Virus record (IMG/VR): IMGVR_UViG_3300044638_003693
Coordinates: 1-52,578 of that record
Strand: one strand, 5' to 3'
Length of the DNA: 52,578 bases
Source: a virus
Taxonomy: Duplodnaviria; Caudoviricetes
Shown: one piece after another, positions 15,301-24,323 of the stretch
How positions within the stretch are numbered: the first letter of the stretch is position 1
How the letters are laid out: each line of letters begins with the position of its first letter
Notes under the pieces: model-generated
Database searches by the model: none
Told to the model about the DNA's origin: nothing
What the model saw: the letters and a program-made list of their open reading frames with translations, nothing else
Translations under genes and position numbers: made by a program

Positions 15301-15888
15301 TTATTTCTCCCTGTATTTTGGGTCTTGTATATTGTGGTAAATCTCGCGCTCGTAGGCTAGGTCGCATTTACCTGCGGCTAGGTGCGCTAGGGCGTACGAG
15401 TCTGCGGCGTTATCGTCGTTAAACTCGACGTTCCACTTCTTGAACACGTGTAGCAGCATCTGGTTTTTCTGCACTCCTGTGCCTTTACCAGTTACGTACT
15501 TCTTTAGTACTGTCGGTGGAATGATGTATGGGTATGCACCGTGGTGCTTGTGTAACAGGTCTCTAAGTAGCAACTTAACAGTCGCCCCTAGTTCTCCCGC
15601 CATGTTTGCCATCTGTGACCCGAAGGCATACCCCTCCATGGCCACGATTACTTCTTTAGCGTCGTATGGAACGTTAGTCTCAATTAGCTCACCTAGTTTA
15701 ATCGAAATATCAACTAGTCGGTCTACTCCGATACCCTCGCCCTTAAACACTACGGTTTTATATGTACCTGAATCAATGTCGATGAAGGTTACGCCAAACC
15801 CCGAATAAGACTGGTCAATCCCAATCGCTACGCGCTTTGCTTTGGAGGGGATTGAACTGCCGAACGTACTGGCCTTACTTCTGGCCAT
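15301..15888 (-). CDS. ruvC: RuvC-like Holliday junction resolvase
   Basis: IGIDQS, MEGYAF, P.VLKKYVTGKG, DNAADS. Confidence 0.88.
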   Translation of the reverse strand: MARSKASTFGSSIPSKAKRVAIGIDQSYSGFGVTFIDIDSGTYKTVVFKGEGIGVDRLVDISIKLGELIETNVPYDAKEVIVAMEGYAFGSQMANMAGELGATVKLLLRDLLHKHHGAYPYIIPPTVLKKYVTGKGTGVQKNQMLLHVFKKWNVEFNDDNAADSYALAHLAAGKCDLAYEREIYHNIQDPKYREK

Positions 15889-16391
15889 TAGACGTTGAAC
15901 TTCCTGTTGCGCGTCTTGAAGTTGTCACCCGAGGTACGGCGGGTCAGCTCACGGCTGCATACGGCGCTGCTGCGCTCGCAGTTGTTCGCTAGGGTTTCCA
16001 GCACCTTGCGGTAAGCGTACTTGTTCATGTGCGCTTTCTTCAAGTCTTTGATGTTGCCATCAGAATCGACCATCGCCTTTAGGGCGGTCACTGTGGTCTT
16101 TGGGTGCGAGTCCTGCAGGCGTAGCATCGCCATAGACTCTTCGTAATCTACCTGGCGCTCTAGTTCTTTCTCGTCTACGATAGCGCAGGACAACTGGGTG
16201 TTGACGAAATCGCTATACGCCGCAAACTTGGTGTACAACAGCATCAGGTCTTCGTCGCCTAGCTCTGTAATGTCGGCTGGCATAGACGGGCGCTCTAGCT
16301 CGACCTCTCGGTCAATCGACAACCCTTGCTTATCCATCTCATCGAGGACGTACTTACTGACGTCGTCTGTGATTAGCGTACTCTTGCTCAT
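15888..16391 (-). CDS. Helical coiled-coil protein, possibly a UvsY-like recombination mediator
   Basis: All-helical 167 aa within the recombination cluster; function inferred from context only. Confidence 0.45.
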   Translation of the reverse strand: MSKSTLITDDVSKYVLDEMDKQGLSIDREVELERPSMPADITELGDEDLMLLYTKFAAYSDFVNTQLSCAIVDEKELERQVDYEESMAMLRLQDSHPKTTVTALKAMVDSDGNIKDLKKAHMNKYAYRKVLETLANNCERSSAVCSRELTRRTSGDNFKTRNRKFNV

Positions 16392-17266
16392 TCGTTAAAC
16401 CCTTCGCATTGCTTGCACTTTAGCGCTCCACCAACATTGCAGTCCGGCGCTGTATTCTTAGACAACGAGTCTACCACAAGTTTGGCACCATCAATGATGT
16501 GTTGGATAGCCCAGGTGTCACGGCGTACAATAAACTCTTTTACCGCCTGTGTGGGCTTAGCCTCATACAGGACTACGGCCTCGTTAGGGACATCTGTGAC
16601 CCCGCTAAGGTTTAGCACTTCCATGTACAACTGAATCTGTGCAACGTGTGACTCAAACGGCGAGGTAAGGTTCTTCCACGCTGTGTCGAAACTTTGGTCG
16701 TTGGCAAACCATGCGCCCTTGTCTAGCCACATAAACGTACCAGCACCTACCGACTTAATCTCCAGCATCAGGTCATCGCCAAACCCTTTCAGCCAACCAT
16801 CCGAGTGACCTGTAATCATCAGGTCTTTATGTACAATCGGCACTTCTTTGTACTTAACCCGGTCTGACCCGCAGTTTATACACCTAGAGGGACTTAAATC
16901 TGTCCAGTAGTTTGAACACTCACGGCACTGCCATGAACCATACAGCGTGCCCATCTCGTAAAACCAGGTCTGCCACGTGTCGTGAATTGCGTGGCCCTGT
17001 GCAAAAATTAGCTCGCGGCTAAACTTGCGCGGCTCTGGTGCTGGGTGATTACCCTTCAGGTGAAAGTAGGATGCGCGATGGCACCAGTACTTACTCACCA
17101 TTGCTGATGGGTGTAGCCCATCGAATGAACGCGAGTTATCAATCGGCTTAGCCAGAACGTGACGCTCTACCTTACCGATTACTCGTGTAGTTGATTTGCC
17201 TGCGTCTACAAAGTTCTTCAATGCGCCTGGGGCAAGTTTCTTTAGTGCTGGTGCTTTCTTAGCCAT
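16388..17266 (-). CDS. Cas4/RecB-like PD-(D/E)XK exonuclease
   Basis: HPS...C, GHAIH, GHSDG, LEIKS, QIQLY, a C-terminal Cys triad, and an inserted CREC/CINC ribbon. Confidence 0.85.
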   Translation of the reverse strand: MAKKAPALKKLAPGALKNFVDAGKSTTRVIGKVERHVLAKPIDNSRSFDGLHPSAMVSKYWCHRASYFHLKGNHPAPEPRKFSRELIFAQGHAIHDTWQTWFYEMGTLYGSWQCRECSNYWTDLSPSRCINCGSDRVKYKEVPIVHKDLMITGHSDGWLKGFGDDLMLEIKSVGAGTFMWLDKGAWFANDQSFDTAWKNLTSPFESHVAQIQLYMEVLNLSGVTDVPNEAVVLYEAKPTQAVKEFIVRRDTWAIQHIIDGAKLVVDSLSKNTAPDCNVGGALKCKQCEGFNE

Positions 17267-17286
17267 TTATACCGTCCTTGACTAAG

Positions 17287-17315
17287 AAGCTATCACACAA
17301 CTTCTAGATTGTCTA
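17287..17315 (-). promoter_or_regulatory. Putative sigma-A promoter for the nuclease/ruvC genes
   Basis: On the - strand TAGACA, 17 nt spacer, TAGCTT with TG extension. Confidence 0.5.
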
Positions 17316-17687
17316 CTTTGTTTTTTTAGCCAGCTCTTCTAACGTTTTTCCCTGGCGTGTTGCTTTTCGTTTTAGAGCAGCCCGCTCACGGTGGCTCATC
17401 CCACCCCAGATGCCGTGAACCTTATCAGTCTTATCAGCAAACAATAGGCACTGCATGCGAACTGGGCACTCGCCCCTGCCATCTTTCCCATAGCAAATGG
17501 CCTTAGCTTTATCAGCTATAGGCTTGTAAAGGCTTTTATCTCTGGGCGGAAACCACAAGTCTGGGTCATAAACATTTACCGGAGGCTTTGAGCCAGGGAC
17601 TGTGTCTGCACATTTAGCCTGCTCCATCCAGCCTTCATAAGTTAGAAAACCGGGCGTGTCGCTAGACGACTCGTAGGGTGACTTCAA
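17313..17687 (-). CDS. whiB: WhiB-family Fe-S transcription factor
   Basis: W..QAKC...LWFP...AKAIC...CPVRMQC...GIWGG. TTG start after GGAG assumed. Confidence 0.9.
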   Translation of the reverse strand: MKSPYESSSDTPGFLTYEGWMEQAKCADTVPGSKPPVNVYDPDLWFPPRDKSLYKPIADKAKAICYGKDGRGECPVRMQCLLFADKTDKVHGIWGGMSHRERAALKRKATRQGKTLEELAKKTK

Positions 17688-17710
17688 TGTTGCTCCGAAA
17701 AGTAGTAGGG

Positions 17711-18055
17711 CTACTTCTCTCCAGTGTGCTCCTCTAAGCATTGTAGCACATATTCTCGGAGTTCTAAGAAATCGTTTTCGTCCAGCAGCACGTAGTTGAC
17801 GTCGTTCAGGCTGACCCCTAGAACGGGCGTACGGCCGTCTAGGATGGCCTCTGTGGTTATCTTCTCAAGAACGTCGGACTTTAGCGTGAACGACTTCTTA
17901 CCAGTCCACTTGTGCTCAATCAACAGGTCTTTAGACCGCACGTCTCCCTTGCGAAACCAGAAGGCACCGGAGGCAGCACTACGCTGACCTCCGATGACTT
18001 TAGCTAGTCTCTTCTCGTGTTTGAGTGACTGCTTCTGGCCTTCTGATTTAGCCAA
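17711..18055 (-). CDS. Hjc-like PD-(D/E)XK endonuclease/resolvase
   Basis: HEKRLAK...SGA...KGDV...IEHK. Confidence 0.75.
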   Translation of the reverse strand: MAKSEGQKQSLKHEKRLAKVIGGQRSAASGAFWFRKGDVRSKDLLIEHKWTGKKSFTLKSDVLEKITTEAILDGRTPVLGVSLNDVNYVLLDENDFLELREYVLQCLEEHTGEK

Positions 18056-18242
18056 TATTTAGTTCCTTCTTGACAAACGCCCAAAAGTCTTCTGGGTCTA
18101 CTTCCTTGGCTGTTTTTCTGCCGCTGACATTTGGGTTAAAACTCTGCCTGTTCTTTTCCATGTAGCAGGGCTTACACAAACCCTTTGCGTAATGGCCCTG
18201 GCCACAGGTTATACAGTTGTCGGTAATTCTAGGTCTAGGCAA
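18048..18242 (-). CDS. Small Zn-finger protein
   Basis: CITC...HYAKGLCKPCY; overlaps the recA stop. Confidence 0.7.
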   Translation of the reverse strand: MPRPRITDNCITCGQGHYAKGLCKPCYMEKNRQSFNPNVSGRKTAKEVDPEDFWAFVKKELNIG

Positions 18243-19248
18243 GCTTTAGGGTTCCTAGCACGTCTTTCTGCAAGGTCTCCTGTAGGTCTACCTCTTCGCG
18301 GATTGAATTTAGCATAGCGTCAGCGCCCTGCCATTGGCGGTCTGCGTAACGGTAGTAAGCACCTGCACGAGTAATAATCTTGTTTAGGATACCCAAGGCT
18401 ACAATCTCCTTGGCGTAGTCGTACTCGCCCTTGTCAATACCGCCTCCGTCGTCAAAGTAGAAGTCGGTGTACGCAGTCTGGCCTGGGGGAGCTGACTTGT
18501 TCTTACGGGTCTGGAACTTGATAGTCTGGCCTACCTTGCGCTTTTCCTGGCCGGTGCCGGTTTCAATCCATTCGTCACGCTTGACGTCAATGCGGGTAAA
18601 GAAAAAGTAATTCTTTGCCTCGCCACCTGGGGTGGTGCGCGGGTCTCCGTACATTACGCCAATCTTCATTCGCCACTGGTTAATAATTAGACCAATGAAC
18701 GGGCGTTCTCCGCCGAGTAGGTCACGCTTTCCGGCCTTCTCCATCTTGCGGAAGAACTTGCCCATGAGCATAGCCCCACGGCCAACGGTAAATTCGTCCA
18801 TCTCTTTCTCGTCTTCAGCAGACGGGACCAGGGCAGGCAACGAATCAATAACTACACAGTCGACTTCCTGGGTCTCTACGAACTCTAGGACAGCGGTCAG
18901 CGCAATTTCCATGACGTTGCTAGTAAACACGTGAACGCGGGTTGGGTCTACGCCACACATCTCAGCGTACTCTGGTACCCACTCCTCGGCAGCAATCCAG
19001 ATGGTCGTGAAGTTAGGGTCGCGCCTCTGGTTGATGGCAATAGTCTTTAGGGCCAGGGCAGTCTTGCCGTTGCTAGCCTCTCCGATAATCTCGTGCCACT
19101 GGTTAGTAGGCCAGCCACCGCCAAGAATCATGTCTAGTGACAATGACCCGCTAGGAAAACGAGTTGGCTTAGCTACCTTAGATGCTAGTACGACGGTGTT
19201 CTCCCCGTACTTCTTGTTTATTTGTGCAAGTACTTTGTCTAGTGACAT
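18235..19248 (-). CDS. recA: RecA-family recombinase
   Basis: SGSLSLDMILGGG, GEASNGKT, VVIDS, INQWRMKIGVMYGDP.TTPGG, KNK.APP. Confidence 0.95.
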   Translation of the reverse strand: MSLDKVLAQINKKYGENTVVLASKVAKPTRFPSGSLSLDMILGGGWPTNQWHEIIGEASNGKTALALKTIAINQRRDPNFTTIWIAAEEWVPEYAEMCGVDPTRVHVFTSNVMEIALTAVLEFVETQEVDCVVIDSLPALVPSAEDEKEMDEFTVGRGAMLMGKFFRKMEKAGKRDLLGGERPFIGLIINQWRMKIGVMYGDPRTTPGGEAKNYFFFTRIDVKRDEWIETGTGQEKRKVGQTIKFQTRKNKSAPPGQTAYTDFYFDDGGGIDKGEYDYAKEIVALGILNKIITRAGAYYRYADRQWQGADAMLNSIREEVDLQETLQKDVLGTLKLA

Positions 19249-19619
19249 TAGCCAATCTTTCCGATAATAGTGCCTGGGTTAAAGTTATTTGCGGTGCTTA
19301 TCTGTGAAGCAGCAACGGTGTTGCCGTTAGACGGCACGTGCATGCCTGGCATTCCGGTACCAGACTGAATACGCGGGTAGCCGCAATCGTAGCAGCGTGA
19401 TTCGATTTCAGGCATGCCCGGCATCTTTCCGTAGTTTCCGCTAGAGCAGTTTGGGCAACGAGAATACGCTGTGGCGCTCTGTGGTAGTCGCTGCTCCTGT
19501 TGCGGTACGCCTTGAGGCATCTGCTGCATCGGTGCTTGTGACGGTGGCACCTGTGCTGGATATTGTGAGGGCTGCTGAGGCGTAGTTCCGAGCTTGTTAG
19601 CCCACCATGAGTTACTCAT
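19248..19619 (-). CDS. Pro/Gln-rich Zn-ribbon protein
   Basis: CPNC...CYDC. Confidence 0.75.
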   Translation of the reverse strand: MSNSWWANKLGTTPQQPSQYPAQVPPSQAPMQQMPQGVPQQEQRLPQSATAYSRCPNCSSGNYGKMPGMPEIESRCYDCGYPRIQSGTGMPGMHVPSNGNTVAASQISTANNFNPGTIIGKIG

Positions 19620-19626
19620 ATTTGTC

Positions 19627-20064
19627 CTAATCTATGTCAATCTGTGAGCTGTCGAGGTGCACTAGACCTAGCTCTAGCGCACTTGCAAGCATGGTAAGTA
19701 GGCCTGAAAACGTTATCTGTTTGTATAACTGCTTTAAGGAGCCTTTGTCATTGTCTAGTTTTTCCGCCGTAATTAAGCCGGACTCAATTAGGTCCTGTTT
19801 TTGCATCTCAAAAACATACTGCGCGTTCATGCTCGCATACAGGTTTATTAGCGGTAGTAGGGGGTCCAGCCTATTAGTTCTAAGACCCGACTCCTCTAGT
19901 TCTTTTTCGTGACCCTCTTCGCTAACAGGGGTGATATCAAACACGTCTAGGTGTTTATTTGGGTTATCAACATTCATGTCGTACATATACCAGCGGTATA
20001 GGGTAGTCAACGGAATCTTGCTAATCTCAACCTCACCTGACCTGTCATCGTCGGAGTACATCAT
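19627..20064 (-). CDS. Hypothetical protein
   Basis: ATGA overlap with polA. Confidence 0.75.
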   Translation of the reverse strand: MMYSDDDRSGEVEISKIPLTTLYRWYMYDMNVDNPNKHLDVFDITPVSEEGHEKELEESGLRTNRLDPLLPLINLYASMNAQYVFEMQKQDLIESGLITAEKLDNDKGSLKQLYKQITFSGLLTMLASALELGLVHLDSSQIDID

Positions 20065-22043
20065 TTAGCCTCTCCCCAACGGTCTACAATCTTTACGTCT
20101 GCAATTAGTGGCACTTTTAACACCTGTATCTCTTCCATTGCTTGGCGCAGTTTTTCTGCGGTTTCTTCTGCTAGCTCTGCTGGAGTAGTTAGCACCAACT
20201 CGTCGTGAACTGTAAGAATTATCTTACTACCTTTTGGAATCATCTGATGCGCACGTACCATCGCAATCTTGATGATATCGGCGGCGCTGCCCTGAATCTT
20301 AGTATTAAATGCCTGGCGCTCAGCCCCTGCTCGTACGCCATTGTCTCTGGCCTTAATCTCAGGCAAGTAGCGGCGGCGGCCCGTGATGGTCTTTACGAAT
20401 GGCACAGGAGTACCTTGACGAGTTGCCCCAATAACCTTTGCACGATACTTAGCGATTGAGTTAAACTCTGCGGCAAATCGGTCAAGTAGGTCACGGGCCT
20501 CAGTCTTGGTACAACCAATCTGGCTAGCAATCTTGTCTGGTCCAACACCGTACGCCATGGCTAGTACAAGCACCTTACCGGCTTTTCGGTCTACGCCCAT
20601 AGTCTCACCGACTGTGGTATAGATGTCCTTGCCGTTTAGGTAGTTGTCCATCATAATCGGGTCTTCCGAGAACGACGCAATAACACGGGGCTCAATCTGC
20701 GAGTAGTCAGCAACAATCAGCTTGTGACCTGGAGGGGCCACAAACAGGTTACGGATGGCCTTGCCATGCGACGTGTGCGGAGCTGGCACGTTCTGCAGGT
20801 TTGGATTACGACTTGAGAAACGGCCGGTCTCTGCACCAATCTGTACAAAGTCGCCGTGCAACTTACCGTTAATTAGCAGGCTATCTTTAGTCTCTACTTT
20901 GGTCTTACCGCCAACTGTCTTTTCTACATCGCCGCCAAGATACGGAATCACGTAAGTAGAAAGCAACTTGTTGTAGTCGGCGTACTCCAGCATGGCGGTA
21001 ACCAGTGGGTCCTTGTCACGGTAAGGCTCTAGGGCCTCGGCCGACACTGAGTAGTCAGATAGCATCAGGTCGCCATCTTCACGGTCTTTTTGAGTTCCCT
21101 TTGGCGTTAGGACTTGAGCTTTTAGGCCGCGTCCACCCTCTGACTTAGGGCCGTACAGTAGTAACTGCTTCTCTGGATTGGAGTTGATATTAAACTCACG
21201 CCCAGCGGCCTTGTAGATATTGCCGCGAGCCTCTTCTACCTTTTCCTCCAGGTCGGCCTTTAACTGCTTTAGCGACTCGGTATCAATAGTTGCGCCAGTA
21301 AGTTTCATGTCGCATAGAACGGCTAGAACATCCATCTCGAGCGAGAACACGCGCCCTAGGTCTCCAGCCTCTAGCTTTGGAACCAGCGACTTCCACAACA
21401 GGAATGTGTACTTTGAGTCTAGGTATGCGTACTTGGCAACGGTGTTGAAGTCGTAGACCTCTACCTCTTTACCAACGCCCTTGGCCATTTCGTAGCCAAA
21501 CTCACGCTTAAGGCAGTCAGCAAGGCCGCATTTGTTCTTGTTGCGATTATCTGAAACAAAAGACGCAACCATGGTGTCGAAGTACGGACCGCTTGGTACG
21601 CGGCCGCCGTAGTATTTAGCTACGGAGGTAAGGTCAAATACTAAGTTGTGACCTATGGTTAGTATGTCTTCGTTAAACATCAAGGGCTCTAGTCCCTTAA
21701 ATACCTCAGCCGGAAACAGTTGCTCGGGGGCTGGGCCAAATAGTTTAGTGGCTTTCTTAGCGTCACGGCTGTAGTCACTAGGGCGTAGAGCCAGGCCCTT
21801 TTGCTTACGGAGTTCTCCCTGACCTGTTAGCGGAAATATCTCCTCAATAAAGTCACCATGTGGGTGACCCATTGGGATAACGTCGCATCGGCCATGTGTG
21901 GCTAGTGTAATCCATAAGACCTCGTTAACAGGTGTGAGGCCTCGGAAGGGGCCTACGGTTTCAACGTCGTAGGCAAACGCGTCTTGAGTGAGGTAGTAAT
22001 CTACCATCTCGGTTAGTTGTTCGGCAGTTGTAATAATGTTCAT
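20061..22043 (-). CDS. polA: Family A DNA polymerase (3'-5' exonuclease + polymerase, no 5'-3' exonuclease)
   Basis: DVET, HNLVFD, TGRFSS..PNLQN, DYSQIEPR, RKAGKVLVLAMAYG, VHDE. Confidence 0.96.
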   Translation of the reverse strand: MNIITTAEQLTEMVDYYLTQDAFAYDVETVGPFRGLTPVNEVLWITLATHGRCDVIPMGHPHGDFIEEIFPLTGQGELRKQKGLALRPSDYSRDAKKATKLFGPAPEQLFPAEVFKGLEPLMFNEDILTIGHNLVFDLTSVAKYYGGRVPSGPYFDTMVASFVSDNRNKNKCGLADCLKREFGYEMAKGVGKEVEVYDFNTVAKYAYLDSKYTFLLWKSLVPKLEAGDLGRVFSLEMDVLAVLCDMKLTGATIDTESLKQLKADLEEKVEEARGNIYKAAGREFNINSNPEKQLLLYGPKSEGGRGLKAQVLTPKGTQKDREDGDLMLSDYSVSAEALEPYRDKDPLVTAMLEYADYNKLLSTYVIPYLGGDVEKTVGGKTKVETKDSLLINGKLHGDFVQIGAETGRFSSRNPNLQNVPAPHTSHGKAIRNLFVAPPGHKLIVADYSQIEPRVIASFSEDPIMMDNYLNGKDIYTTVGETMGVDRKAGKVLVLAMAYGVGPDKIASQIGCTKTEARDLLDRFAAEFNSIAKYRAKVIGATRQGTPVPFVKTITGRRRYLPEIKARDNGVRAGAERQAFNTKIQGSAADIIKIAMVRAHQMIPKGSKIILTVHDELVLTTPAELAEETAEKLRQAMEEIQVLKVPLIADVKIVDRWGEAK

Positions 22044-22064
22044 TTGGCATCCTGGCAATAGCGC

Positions 22065-22092
22065 AAAAGGCGGGGGAGGTTAGTCCCCCGCC
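22065..22092 (-). terminator. Rho-independent terminator after ssb
   Basis: On the - strand GGCGGGGGA-ctaacc-TCCCCCGCC-TTTT. Confidence 0.75.
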
Positions 22093-22106
22093 AATCGCTA
22101 GGTTAT

Positions 22107-22766
22107 CTAGATAAGCGAGTCAACAATCTCGTCAAGTTCCTCTAGTGAGTGCTCCTTGATGAGGTTGCGAGTGTAAACTTCGGCAGAGGTTACTGCAGCA
22201 GATGCCTTTTCAGCATCTAGGTTCCAGTCCTCTTCGAGGTCGCGCTCCTTGATAGGGGTGACGGTGTAAGAAGTCTGTGGACCCTTACCGATGCGAATGA
22301 TTGCCCAGTAACCCTTGGTAAGAGGGCCCTGTGGTGAGTAGTGAGCTGCGTGCAAGGCCTGGTAAAGACGAGCACCTGAGATTAGCATTTGACGCTGGAT
22401 ACCTGACTCTGAGTTCAGGGTTACAACGGTGAATGCACGCTTGTTCTCAGGGCGGTCCTGTAGCTTAACGCACAGTGGGCAGTCAGCTCCGATGCAGACA
22501 TACGAGCGCTTACCGCTGGTCTTCTGCTTTAGGAAGTGCTGCTTGTAGATAGCGAATGGTCCGTTCTCATCCAAGAACTTGAAGACCAGGTGCTTACCCT
22601 CTTCAAACTTTACTTCCGTTGGGAAGTCGCTAGAAGTGGTGAAGGTGTCCGCTGCATCCCAGCCCGAAAGGACTGAGGTTGACGAAGCAGTTGCCTGCTG
22701 TGGACGGTCGTCAATGTCGTCGGCAACATAGCTGGCGGCATCTGGGGCATTTTTCTGAACTGGCAT
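22107..22766 (-). CDS. gp32-like single-stranded DNA-binding protein
   Basis: KFLD...H...C...CPLC...R.GKG..TSY, acidic tail, located next to polA. Confidence 0.75.
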   Translation of the reverse strand: MPVQKNAPDAASYVADDIDDRPQQATASSTSVLSGWDAADTFTTSSDFPTEVKFEEGKHLVFKFLDENGPFAIYKQHFLKQKTSGKRSYVCIGADCPLCVKLQDRPENKRAFTVVTLNSESGIQRQMLISGARLYQALHAAHYSPQGPLTKGYWAIIRIGKGPQTSYTVTPIKERDLEEDWNLDAEKASAAVTSAEVYTRNLIKEHSLEELDEIVDSLI

Positions 22767-22773
22767 GTTTTCC

Positions 22774-23241
22774 TTATTTGTCGTTGTTTTGCATTTCTTC
22801 TGCGCGGATAGTTTCCCACGCCTCGGCTATCTTGTCAACAAGACTCCGGTGTAAAGACCATTCTATACGGTCAATTCCCAAAAGTCCAGCTTTATCGAAT
22901 AAACCTACAGTGGCCTCAACCATTGCTTTGCTATACAAGCGCCTACCAGCATACACCGCACCGTTTGCTCCCTGCTTGGAAGGGAGTCGGTATGGCGATG
23001 TTGGAAGTATTCCATTCTCCACCCAGTACCTTACGGTCTTGGTTGGTCGGCCTAGGGCCTTGGCTAACGAGCCTAGCGTATACATTTGAATCTGTCTACC
23101 ATTTGGCAAAACTTTATCAAACGCATCGGTTTCCCACGAAGTGTCTTTCGGAATCTCGGCAACAGGCTCTTTACGCTTACGCTTGCTGCCTGGATAAAAT
23201 GCGTCTAACCCCGAAAAAGATTCTTCGATAAAGTCACTCAC
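22774..23241 (-). CDS. MerR-like HTH DNA-binding protein
   Basis: YTLGSLAKALGRPTKTVRYWVENGILP...RRLYS. Confidence 0.8.
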   Translation of the reverse strand: MSDFIEESFSGLDAFYPGSKRKRKEPVAEIPKDTSWETDAFDKVLPNGRQIQMYTLGSLAKALGRPTKTVRYWVENGILPTSPYRLPSKQGANGAVYAGRRLYSKAMVEATVGLFDKAGLLGIDRIEWSLHRSLVDKIAEAWETIRAEEMQNNDK

Positions 23242-23413
23242 TAGATTCTCCGGTCACCAATTTTAAAGTTCGTTCTGGAAGAACTATTTTGTTTTTACTC
23301 AAGACAGTAAGTATACGCTCTCGCTCTGACATTGCAGTGTGCTCGTCGTGAAGTCTAAGCCACTCCGAGTACTCTGGTCCGAATCTTTTCAAAAAATTAG
23401 CTAATTTGCTCAT
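23234..23413 (-). CDS. Small protein of the ERERI cassette family
   Basis: MSKLANF...ERERILTVL...TGESSE; AAGGA SD before ATG 23413. Confidence 0.65.
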   Translation of the reverse strand: MSKLANFLKRFGPEYSEWLRLHDEHTAMSERERILTVLSKNKIVLPERTLKLVTGESSE

Positions 23414-23612
23414 TTGCGTCCTTCTTAATCTTGGTCTTGAGGTATACCAACACCGAGTTAATAATGGTTGCATTAGTGAAAGAGCCGGCCTCAATGAGGT
23501 CGTTAACTGCTTTAAGCATAGATGTTCGCTCCACATATCTGCCGTAAAGGTAAGCATCCCACTTAGCGGTAGAGATTGTTTGGAGGACTTCATCATGTTC
23601 TTCTGGGGTCAT
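23397..23612 (-). CDS. Small hypothetical protein
   Basis: 71 aa, overlaps the downstream gene. Confidence 0.7.
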   Translation of the reverse strand: MTPEEHDEVLQTISTAKWDAYLYGRYVERTSMLKAVNDLIEAGSFTNATIINSVLVYLKTKIKKDANEQIS

Positions 23613-23677
23613 TTTGTGTCTCGTGGTAGTTGGACAAGTAGTGTAGCAATTAATTTTTTTGGGTTTAGCGTGAAATG

Positions 23678-23905
23678 TTAAACCTGTTGACTAATTATGT
23701 AAATCAGTGCGTCAATGGTCTTAACCCGCACGCTGGGGTTAGCACTAGACGGTCCGTATCCCGTAGTAGTAATACTGGCCATCTTGTCTCGGTGCTCTTC
23801 TAGCAACGTAGTTATTCGGTCACGCTCTAGAGACTCTCCGTAGCATACCGGGCAACCAGTTGGGTCGCCAATGTCCCAATCCCAATCGTGCTTTTCGCAC
23901 TTCAC
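23678..23905 (-). CDS. Small protein of the ERERI cassette family (C..H...CPVC)
   Basis: GTG start inside the junction repeat; ERDRITTLLE. Confidence 0.7.
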   Translation of the reverse strand: MKCEKHDWDWDIGDPTGCPVCYGESLERDRITTLLEEHRDKMASITTTGYGPSSANPSVRVKTIDALIYIISQQV

Positions 23906-24150
23906 TTGTTCTCTCCCTTGATGAGAGCGATTTGCTCGCAACCTAAGCAACCGTCTAAATGGACTTTTTCCATAATCAGTTTGCCGTTCCAAGTTTCGCC
24001 AGCACTACCGATTAGGTGGAAATAGTCGTCTTCTAGCAGTTTGATAATGCGCTCACGCTCTGCAATAGCACCCTTGTTTTCACCCACAGCAGCGGCAGAC
24101 ACGATTTGTTGAGCAACCCAATAATCCATAGTCTTCGGTGTTTCACTCAT
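23902..24150 (-). CDS. Small protein of the ERERI cassette family
   Basis: ERERIIKLLE...IALIKGENK. Confidence 0.75.
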   Translation of the reverse strand: MSETPKTMDYWVAQQIVSAAAVGENKGAIAERERIIKLLEDDYFHLIGSAGETWNGKLIMEKVHLDGCLGCEQIALIKGENK

Positions 24151-24323
24151 TTGTTCTCTCCCTTGATAAAAGCCTCAATCTCAGCCCATTGTGTTTCTAC
24201 TAACGCCAGTAACTCACGCTGCTCGTCAGTCAAGTCAAGCCCCAAACGCTGATGCCATGAGAGCCAAAAGAAAGTGCGTAGTCTTTCCATGTTCCATCGT
24301 TGAACCTGTAGGTCTGCGCTCAC
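24147..24323 (-). CDS. 58-aa cassette protein ending AFIKGENK (not in track)
   Basis: Hand-translated from GTG 24323; exactly spans two junction repeats. Confidence 0.75.
   Translation of the reverse strand: MSADLQVQRWNMERLRTFFWLSWHQRLGLDLTDEQRELLALVETQWAEIEAFIKGENK

Noticed and set aside
16388-17266. Cas4-like gene as evidence of a CRISPR-Cas system
   Set aside because: Stand-alone Cas4/RecB-like nucleases are common in phage recombination modules, and there is no array or cas1.
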